From Eledone cirrhosa (lineage: Eukaryota), in contig OZ024740.1 of the NCBI GenBank assembly GCA_964016885.1, positions 247,132,001-247,196,000 on the forward strand: 64,000 nt of DNA, read 5' to 3'. Below are positions 54,130-64,000 of the stretch, in pieces. The translations under genes and the position numbers were made by a program. Within the stretch, counting starts at the first letter, position 1. Each line of letters begins with the position of its first letter. Below the pieces are notes generated by a model. The model saw only the letters and a program-made list of their open reading frames with translations. It had not been told where the DNA came from and searched no databases.

Positions 54130-54950
54130 GTGCTGGCTGCCTACCTGTTTGAAAACATAGAACCCACACATAAAATTTGAGGCTGAACATCCAGATACCA
54201 CAGTATCCCTCCCTCTACTTGACTTTACACCAAGAGTCAAAGAGGAGGGATCCATATACACCACATTTTACAGGAAAGATACATGCAGAGATATTTTTGT
54301 GCACTAAGACTGCTCCCGTCCCTACTAAGCCAAAATGGCCTATATACGGAATGAGATCTCCCGGATTCGCACATATGCTATGAGGGTAGCAACAGATATT
54401 CGAGCACGGTGGAATTCCTAAGAGTTCTCACCCAAATTGGCTATCCTACCTTTCTCACCAAGCACTGACATGTCAAGGCAGCAAAACTTAACAAAACAAT
54501 GAGGACACAACCCCCCAAGGATAGCGTATGCTACCTAAAGCTGCCACATTTCAATGAGAATACTACAGCTACCATCAGTAGCCACCCGTAGGGAATAACT
54601 GAATATACGGCTGGCACACTCGGCACCCTCATTGAGGGGACTGCTTCACAGACACCAATCCATATACACCGGTATATGCACATTTTCAACAACGCAAGTG
54701 TGCATGAAAGCACATGTGATCTATAAGATCACAGGCAAAATTGTAGATCATAATGTATCGGAAGTACCATAAGGAGGCTACACATACGGATCAAGGAGCA
54801 AGTGACAATGAGAGCCTCTTCCTTAAAATACATCTTGACAGATGCCGCAACCAAGACATTGAGGTCGCCATAGAGGTGACTAAAAGGATATGGGAAATTT
54901 AAGGATAAAAGAGGCCATTTTCATCAGTCGAATAAAGCCAGGGATAAATA
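54130..54950 (+). mobile_element. Decayed Penelope-like element (RT thumb + GIY-YIG)
   Basis: IKFEAEHPD..SLPLLDF...TTFYRK...IRNEISRI; YLKLPH; IGSTIRRLHIRIKE. Confidence 0.72.
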
Positions 54951-55189
54951 ATAGGGCAGAAATGCAGGAGGAAGAATGCTTACTCTAGTGACCCCGTGCA
55001 TGTATTTTGAAACACAGATTTTCACTCCTTATCAGGAAATGGTCCTTCACAATAATAATATGATTACCTTTGGTGGGAGTCACGTTTTTGTTAGTGGTGA
55101 TGTCATCCCCCACTCTTCTTCTTCTTCTTCTTCTTCTTCTTCTTCTTCTTCTTCTTCTTCTTCTTCTTCTTCTTCTTCTTCTTCTTCTT

Positions 55190-55217
<28 letters not shown>

Positions 55218-55220
<3 letters not shown>

Positions 55221-55475
55221 ACGGGCTTTCTCCACGAATGTCCCTCACAAGTGTCCTCCCTATTGGGGAATTTTTCATTATTTTTTTGTTGTTACAGCCT
55301 CTGTTTTTATTTTTACACACAGAAATGCCCATTTGTACCGTCCTGTATTGTCCTTAATGTTTTACTTTGTGTAAACCCTTGTGGTTAATAAAGAAAGCAT
55401 TATTATTATTACCAGTAATGTACTGGGTAATTGCTGGCCTTGTGCCTAAAGTAGAAACAATTATTATTATTATTA
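55218..55475 (+). mobile_element. Tx1 3'UTR fragment followed by a SINE 3' end, both with (ATT)n
   Basis: 55218-55410 matches 20400-20611; SINE tail at 55411-55475. Confidence 0.87.
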
Positions 55476-55499
55476 TGGTCCTGCCATAAGCACTTGTCT

Positions 55500-55985
55500 C
55501 CTATTGACCAGCTGAACTCATGGATATTAACCAGCCATCTTGCTCGTGGTCTATCCCTTGCTCTCCTCTCGGTTGGTTTTGTCCGTAAATTCTATTCAGG
55601 GATTCTTTCCTGAGACATTCTAGCCACATGTCTGTGATCTCTCAATTCGGAGAAGTAGCTATTCTATCTGGAGAGACGCCCTGATCTCCGAGCTACGCAC
55701 TTTATCGAGTAACATTACCCGAAAGACCCTCCGGAGGAACCCCATTTCGGTCGCTTGTATTCGCGATCGTATTCTTTCGGTCATTACTCAAGATTCATGA
55801 CCATAGGTAAGGGTTGGCACAAGTGTCTCATCTTTTGCAGCATTGATTTTCTTTCGTGCCGTACAGCAAACCTATCAACTGTATGTTGGATATCACATTT
55901 CAGCGAGTTTAGTAATACCATATCTTCTGCAAAGTCCAGCCGGCTGATCCGACTCTTGCCCATCCTGACACCATTCGACAATATC
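55500..55985 (-). mobile_element. RTE-clade LINE fragment
   Basis: SRLDFAEDMVLL; TYGHESWVMTERIRSRIQATEMGFLRR...DKVRSSEIR. Confidence 0.82.
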
Positions 55986-56240
55986 CTTACATCTCTTTGT
56001 TAGACACTTAACATAGACTTTGCCGGGAAAGCTTAACATGGAGATCCTTCTATAAGAGCAATCTCTCTTTTTTGAAAATTGGGATTGTCACTCGCGATTG
56101 CCATTGCTTAGATGCCTGTCCAGAGATCTTGGCGACCCGGCACACACGAGTTACTCATTGAATTTTGTTTTTGTTGACATTCGTTATTGTTTATGTTGCT
56201 AAATTAGTAGTTATTGCAGGCCGTCTACTTGTTTTTGTTT

Positions 56241-56312
<72 letters not shown>

Positions 56313-57171
56313 GAGGAGAAGGTTGAAGGTTAAATGATGATGATAAATAAGGAGGCGGGGGAAAATGTAGTAGTATAAATGAGAATGGCATTTACGGAAA
56401 GCAAGGGAAAAGCTAATATAAAATAAGGAATGTCAAATAATAACAATAATGATAATAAATAATTGAATAAATAAATAGAAAGGATGAAAAAGAGAAAGGC
56501 GAGAGATGTGTGAGGAAGAGAGATAGGATTAGCTTAATTTATTTGGGATATTCATTGATCATTGTGGTGAAGTCATAATATGTCCATGTTGGGAATCATA
56601 GCGATGAATAAGGCAACGATGTGGAAAAATACATGTATAGGGGAGAATTAGCTTAAGTTGAACCTACGCTATCGATGTTGGTAAACTGTTTGCATACTAG
56701 GGTGTTCTCATTGCAATATTTTTAACGGATGGAATAGTTGTATATTATTATTTTAGTAGTGGACCAGTGTCGTCAATAATCACGGTAATAACATTGAATG
56801 AATTCAGTGTTTGAAGACGAGGATTGGTATAGCATATATGCTAGGTATAACAGACATATGAACAATCATACAGATTGAGAAATTTGCGTTTAAATAAATT
56901 AATTTATGTTGATTACTTACATGTGGGAGTGATTAAAGATAAGGATAATATTTTAGTAATTTATTTCTAGGATATAATTACATAAATGACACACAGGATG
57001 AAATGCATGAGTACCTTTGGTTCAATAACAATTTACAGGGAAAACTGTACAGATAGAATCCAGGACTTTGTGATTAAAATGTGAAATTCCTGTAGCTACG
57101 GTATAATGATGAACACATGCACACACACATATACACGCATACGCGCGCGCAAACACACACACACAAACACA

Positions 57172-57504
57172 CATATATTTTTACTAATAAACTCAATTTC
57201 ATGTCCGTCCGTCAGTTTGAATTCATGTTTGACAAATGCAATTTTTAAAATATCAGTACGATTTTTACTGGAATATAAATAATAACAACGATAATAATTC
57301 AAATGTAAATAAAGGTGTATAAAATAATTCGAATGTAAATAATATATTCAATATGTTTGGGTATATATCAGAATATGTAATTTTATATATATGCTCATTC
57401 TCCCAGCCAAGACTATGAAGTTTGTTTATATACATAGACAAACATGTACACACTCACACACACGTGCGCGCGCGCACACACACACACACGCACACACACA
57501 CACG

Positions 57505-57568
<64 letters not shown>

Positions 57569-57874
57569 CACAAATACACACTTTTTATGGGTGTAGAAAT
57601 ATCCCCTACAGATTTTAACCAAATTTTTTTAATTTGTTTTTGGCACTTTTACGAATTATATTTTTATGTTGTTTTTCATCACACACTACAACAGATAATG
57701 TCGTTCTTGCCAAGATGTTGGGTGAACACATCTCTCCTTTTATGTTCAATAATTCGGTTTTAAAATTGAGGTGCGTTCATATATCTGTAGAATACTCAGC
57801 CACTTATAAGTTAATCTATAAGATATTCGCAGATATCTGTGCATATATATGTCTGTTTCACAATGGGAATGAGT

Positions 57875-57937
<63 letters not shown>

Positions 57938-58199
57938 ATATAAAGGCAAAATAAGATGTGTGTGAGAGAGAAACACAGAACGAGAAAGAAACTAAGAGAG
58001 AACAAACATGTAGTGGAGTAGAAGAAAAACGCTAGGGATCATGGATGTGAGGAAAGTAAATAAGTATAAACAGAGACAGAGCAAGAGAGCGTCTTCTCTC
58101 TTCTCTCCAAAATAAACGAACGCAAATTTATACTTCTAAATTTTTCAAGAAGAGAGACCCGGTATGTTTACCCCACTCTCTCTCTTTCGCTCTCTCTCA

Positions 58200-58237
<38 letters not shown>

Positions 58238-60544
58238 AGGAAGAGCACTAGATTACCTTGCACAACGTCAGCAAAAACATGAAAACGGCCGACAGAGAAC
58301 TGTTGCACGCAGGGCCAATGAGTCTCAAGAGTAAAGGGAAAAATGGACAAAATACAACCCGCTTGAGCCAAGAGTCAAAGAGGAAAGAGAAAACGTTTAA
58401 AAATGCAAGACAAAGACAAGAGTTGACAATAGATCAAAGAGCGATTCGTCAAAAAACAAACCAGGAGGAAACAGTTGTTGCAGGACTTCGCCAATCCTCA
58501 GAGGAAAGACGTAAACATCTTGATCAAGATAGGCTGAATATGTTTGACAAAAGAGTAGCATATTTCAAAGGGTCTTGGAAAAGATCAGCTTTCAACTACT
58601 ATGATCCAAAATATGATTATACTACAAAGAAATTGATTGGTATTGGAGCAATGTCAAAAGAGTACAGTTTTTGAAAAGGAAAGAAATGGGAAAGAGAAGC
58701 CCACACTATGTGTTGTGGTGGAGGAACAGTTTTTCTACCGACGTTTGGTACACCCCCATATACTTTGAAGGTGCTGCTTTTGAGAAACATATCAAAGAGC
58801 ATGCACTTCTTGAAAAACATTAGAAGTTACAATTCCGCTTTCCAAATGACCTTATTTGGTAGCAATATTATAAGAGAAGGGAACTTCAAGCTAATCTTTA
58901 AAGTTCAAGGTGAAGAATACCATCGTATTATATCTTGGTTGCCAACTGAAGGCAAAAATCTACAGTTTTTACAGCAATATTTTGTGGCAAATTAAGAGGA
59001 GCATGCTTTGCAACTGACATTGAACCTTCCAAATTTGAAAGAAGGGTAAATTGTCATATGTATGAAACATGTAGGAAAGCATCTTATCAAAAAGGTTTGT
59101 TAGAAAATGATGATCATTGGTAGCTTGCATTGACTGAAACATCAGTGTCAGATTCTCCAAGGAAATTGCGTAACCTTTTTTGCAATTATGTTGAACATGT
59201 GTCAAATTGGCAGTCCCCTAGAGTTTTGGATGAAACGTCGAGAGGACGTGGATGGGGACTTAAAGTATGCAGTTCAACAGGTAAACCCAGGTATCAATAT
59301 TCAATTCTGTGAAGAGATTTTTCAATTAAGCGCTGATTGAAATTGAGGATCAATTTTGGCTATGAGAAGCAAGAATGTGAAAAAGTCTGGTTTCGGATTG
59401 CTCAAAACAAACCAGCAAATTAGTGGTTTCATTTCAAGAGAGACAAATTATGACATCGCAAACTTGGCTACTTTTGTGAATGAACATGAGCCTGAACGTC
59501 TTCTAGAAGAACGCTGTGCATATGTTGAAATCCTTTCGTCAGTCAGAGGAATTCTTTCTTGTTGTCACATAGAGGAGCAATGGAATCTCTTGATAAGACC
59601 TTACAGGACATAAGAGGCAACGATACATCTATGGGAAGAGTTACATTAGTTTTATCAGGAGAGACATTACATTAGTTTTATCAGGACAGACATTACCAGT
59701 CATTCTGAGAGGAACAAGAGCTGATGAAATAAAAGCATGCATTAAGTCTTCGCAGCTATGGAATAAAATACAGAAATTCTCCTTCAATACTAACATGCGA
59801 GCTTTATAACATTGTAGCCAATATACAGATAATTTTTCAACCCGACTCCTTCAATTAAGAAATGGGAAAGAACCAGTTGATAGGAATGGTTATATCAACT
59901 TGGCTCATATTACTATCATGGTGGATTCGTCAGTTAACTTGAAGAACAGGGTATTTCCAGACTTAAGTAATCCATATAATTCACACAAATTGTTGTATGA
60001 ATGGCAATCTTACTCCAGAAAATGAGCCAGTAGCAAGGATTAACCATGAGCTAATGAATAAGATTCAAACAGTAATTAAGGAGTACAAATTAGTTGATTC
60101 ACTCCTTGATGAAAATCAAGTTATCCACCACCCAACAGAATTTCTTAAGACTCTTGAACCACCTGGAACTCCTCCATATAAACTCTTCCTGAAGGTTCGA
60201 GTCCCAATAATACTTCTTAGAAATATAGATCCTCATAAGTTATGCAATGTGACAAGGTTGATTGTGCAGACATTATCACCTAATGTGATTGAAGCTACCA
60301 TTAGCACTGGATGTTACTCTGGGGGAGATATTTTCATAACAAGAATTCCAACCAAACCAACTGACATGCCATTTGAGTTCAAACGAACACAATTTCCAGT
60401 GCGAATTTGCTTCGCAAAGTCTATAAATAAAGCTTGAAGAATAAATGGAATTTGGAATAACAAATTTCTATACATGTTTTGCTTTCTTCTTCTAATATAT
60501 AAGGAGCACTTTCATTCCAGGGCAACCTCGGGTGCGTCTGCTAG
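57172..60544 (+). mobile_element. Internally deleted Helitron (Rep core missing)
   Basis: IGAMSK...MCCGGGTV, IRSYNSAFQMTLFG, GLLENDDHW, LLRNIDPHKLCN, QFPVRICFAKSINKA; 3' end CCAGGGCAACCTCGGG...CTAG(60541-60544)-T; 5' boundary approximate. Confidence 0.85.
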
Positions 60545-60865
60545 TATTTATATATATAAACCAATGAGTTTAAGAAGAAAACTTGAAAATTATTTGCTTT
60601 TATAATGGTAATTTGCCACTATTCATAGAATGATTATAAAATAGTCGAATAAATCCTTTAAATTACTATTGGAGACGGAAAACGTGGACAAATATATTAG
60701 ACTATTTTATAGTTAAATTTGCTTCATGCATCGTGAAACGATTATTTCTTTGATTACATTTCCTGATCGATAAATAAGGCTTAAAAGGGCGGATAATTAG
60801 TTAGTCTCGCTTTGGTGTAAAGGAAACACAGACGTCCGGAATATTATAGTTCCAAGTATGATTCA

Positions 60866-60982
60866 TACAAGTCCCAATGTGAGGAGTAGAAATACATGGA
60901 TACATTGCTGTACCAATGTGCGCTTCCACGTATTCCACTTCTATGTATCCATGTATTTCTACTCCTCACATTGGGACTTGTA
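60866..60982. repeat. Perfect 40-bp inverted repeat with 37-bp spacer
   Basis: TACAAGTCCCAATGTGAGGAGTAGAAATACATGGATACAT and its exact reverse complement. Confidence 0.92.
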
Positions 60983-62168
60983 CCCATTAGCACACGACAC
61001 TAGAATGTCTCCTCCTGAGAACAAAAATAAATATTACACGACTATATCCCGTACTCTACATCCCACTAGGATAAATTACAGATCTACATAATACAATTAA
61101 CGTTTCTTCATAAAAGACTCTCTTTAATTAAACCCCGCAACCCCAAACCTCATAGAAGTTATTTGAATGTTTAATCTTCAATTTTCTGTTTGTTCAATTC
61201 TCAATCTTCTTACTCTTTAGTTTTACAATGTTATTCTGAATTCTTTCAACTTCATCCGATAAAGTTAAGCAATATTTTAGAGTTCCAACTTTCTGTCGGA
61301 CTGTTGGGTGGGTTTTAATGGCGGCGCGACCAGCTCCCTGGCGCACGAGCTTACCTGGAGTGCTTGGAAAAATAAATTTCCCCTTCTTTCGGTAAATGAA
61401 AATACTCGGCGTAGCTTAATTCGCCATGGGGCCCGGGGCGTGGCCGGTGTTTTAACCGCCACATAGTACCTTTAAATTACAGAACAAATCGGAACTATTA
61501 GATATATCAACCTGAGAATGTTAAACTGTTGAACTTTAAATTTTCTAACCTCTTTAATATTGAATATTGATTATTAATTTTTTAACTTCATCCTATAAGT
61601 CTAAACATTGTAACACACTGACTCCCAATATATTCACCTCTGCTAAGATGCGGGTCCCTGTGAAAATTTTCTTGCGCCACTCCTGGCCTGACTGTGGTCT
61701 GACATTAATGTCGACCTTTCTTCCTCTTTCTTTCTATCTTCCTTCTTGTAGCCATCAACCCTTACTTTTCTACTTCTCTCTTCTCTTCCTTCTCTTCTCC
61801 CCTCTTCCTGTCTTCCTCCCGCAGACTTATCTTCCTTCCCCCTTTTGCTTGCCTATATCTGACCGGTAGTAGTTGCCTTTCTTCTTTTAGCTGACATTAA
61901 CCCTGGCTTCTCTTCTTCTTTCTTCCCCCTTCTTCTCTCTCCTTCCTTTCTTTCTTTCTTTTACCTTGTGGCATGAGATTGACGCTAACTTATGTTCCCA
62001 TCCCTTTCTGTTTTCGTTTATCTGACCGGTAGTAGCACACTGTAAACTTTAGCCACGTCATTCGAGGGCGACCGGCTGAGGTTGAAGGAACAGAATAGCG
62101 GTCGCCCTCGGGTCCTCGATTTTCAGACCCATGGATTTTATCTATTACATTCACGTATTATATTTCGA

Positions 62169-62225
62169 ATACCTGATGATATCACCGGTTCATACGGAAC
62201 CCGGTCATTGAAATGATCATAGTAT
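62169..62225 (+). ncRNA. Type I hammerhead ribozyme
   Basis: ATAC-CTGATGA(62173)-stem II ACCGGTTC/GAACCCGGT-GAAA(62210)-palindromic ATGATCAT-A-GTAT. Confidence 0.78.
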
Positions 62226-62273
62226 AATAAACCTTTCAAGGATTTACACAAATCCAGCCTCCTGTCATTTCAT

Positions 62274-62317
<44 letters not shown>

Positions 62318-62826
62318 TATATATATGTATATACAGAGAGAGAGAGATATAGTAGTGTAGTTAATACGAAGCATTGTGAGATATACTGGAAAAGAACGAT
62401 AATATGTTTAAGGCCGGTACAATGCGGTGGAATATGAATGGTAACGGATGACAAATGAAACCAAACAAAATAAAGTAATGTTTTACCCAGTGTATTTTAG
62501 CATGATATTTCACGACAAACGGGTGATCAGAGTTTTCTAATCGCTCGTGTGTTTTGACTTGGACTATTTCAGCTTCACATTTGAAAAGATGGTAATTGCC
62601 TTGAAATATCATATACACTGGTTACAACATTACTTTATTTTCTTTTGTTTCATTTGTCATCATTTGCCCTTCCTATCTTTCTACCTCATTCTACCGCTTT
62701 GAAACAAAAACAAATATCGTTTTTTTTTACTACTACTACTACACATATATATATAATATATATATATGTGTCTGTGTATATATATATATATTTGTGTCTG
62801 TTTGTATATATATATATATATGCGTA

Positions 62827-62915
<89 letters not shown>

Positions 62916-62974
62916 ATACTATCAGGGAGCTTCCAACAGAAATGGTCGCATTCTTTAAGGGTATGTCAATATTT

Positions 62975-63080
62975 ATTTATAAAACTGATCTATATTATAT
63001 TTTATCTGATGAAAGCACACCATAATTTAACTTGGTGTCCTTGAAATATGTATAATGAAATAAATATGGTTTTATAAATA
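62975..63080 (+). ncRNA. Type I hammerhead ribozyme with long stems I and II
   Basis: CTGATGA 63006; stem II AAGCACACCA/TGGTGTCCTT; GAAA 63043; ATATGTAT-A (AUA, cleavage after 63054); stem I about 14 bp plus distal ATTTATAAAAC/GTTTTATAAAT. Confidence 0.87.
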
Positions 63081-63211
63081 TAGTTTCCATTATATCGTAT
63101 TTTTACTCCAATAATTTGTTGAGTGCTTTATATCAGTTATAAAAATATTTGCTTGTTATATCCCAACAATTTAAATAGAACTTCTACATATATAAGGTTT
63201 CTTGGTGAGGA

Positions 63212-63707
63212 GGGTGACTTTGGACATCCTGCAGGACTAAAAACAAAACCTGTCAAAGGGCAAAGGAGCTCTTAAGAGTCAATGGCCATCCAAAATCACC
63301 GGGAGAGATGACCCCTTAGCCTTTGTCAAGGCAGAATTCTAGGAGAAGGAAAACTCTGATATAACACCTGCAACTCTGATGGTATCCAATGATGTTGACT
63401 TGTTCTTCTTTTTGGTAAATATCATCTTGGTTAAGAGAGTGGGACTGGCTTTGTGCAGTGCCTTTGCTCACTATAAAAGCTTCACGGCACAGGCATTGCT
63501 TTATATCTGGAGATCTCTCTGCACTTGTCGTCACATGGTACCATGGGCCTAGCACTATGTGTCAGTGATTGTCACAGGTGTAGTGTTTGTACCAGAGTTT
63601 TCAGGTCGCTGGCTGGACTAAAGTCACATTCGTTCAGCGCATCGGTAGGGGTTCTCCTACATGGATATAAGGTAGTGGCCGTACTCGAAAACGAGTTCGC
63701 AGCCACC

Positions 63708-63708
<1 letters not shown>
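63212..63708 (+). mobile_element. Non-autonomous, probably RTE-derived element, copy 3
   Basis: Near-identical to 51120-51620. Confidence 0.75.
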
Positions 63709-63745
<37 letters not shown>

Positions 63746-63872
63746 CTGTGTGTGCGTGCGTGTGTGTGTATAATGAAGGACTTAAGTCCGAAACGTCTCA
63801 ACCTCCACCACACCCACCAAGAATGAACCTAATACAACTATGTACAATTGACTCCGTTTGTGTGTCCTTTTC

Positions 63873-63908
<36 letters not shown>

Positions 63909-64000
63909 GTTTAAATTTGGTGGTTCATTACTTGGTAGAATTGGTCATTCTGCAATGCTAATCATGATGTAATGGTAGAAAGGCACGTGACATTATGCAA

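Noticed and set aside
56520-57090. Possible further minus-strand Penelope-like remnant
   Set aside because: Too degraded to support a call by eye.

Overview
AT-rich, microsatellite-saturated animal DNA with no recognisable host gene. The SINE families and the (AT)/(AC)/(AG)/(ATT) load suggest an octopus or other cephalopod (inference). The window is almost entirely mobile DNA: (1) a near full-length L1/Tx1-clade LINE (506-6390) with an open ORF2 and two in-frame TGA codons in ORF1, plus three truncated relatives, all ending in (ATT)n; (2) an R4/Dong-type element inserted into that tail; (3) a 5.7-kb 25-bp satellite; (4) three decayed Helitrons, one with about 19 STPR-type 23-aa repeats; (5) several Penelope-like elements (probably Naiad); (6) CRE, RTE and mariner fragments; (7) about 13 copies of a tRNA-derived SINE. 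Two patterns the ORF track does not show stand out. First, about a dozen type I hammerhead ribozyme motifs (some decayed) occur with palindromic stem III, variant cores (U4C, U3-A8) and enlarged stem II; several sit in short non-coding elements with terminal direct or inverted repeats (pLTR/retrozyme-like). Second, a covarying 3' stem-loop with a CUUGU loop followed by (ATT)n is shared by the Tx1 LINEs and the dominant SINE, pointing to a Tx1-SINE partnership. All RNA structures were folded by eye and none was computed.
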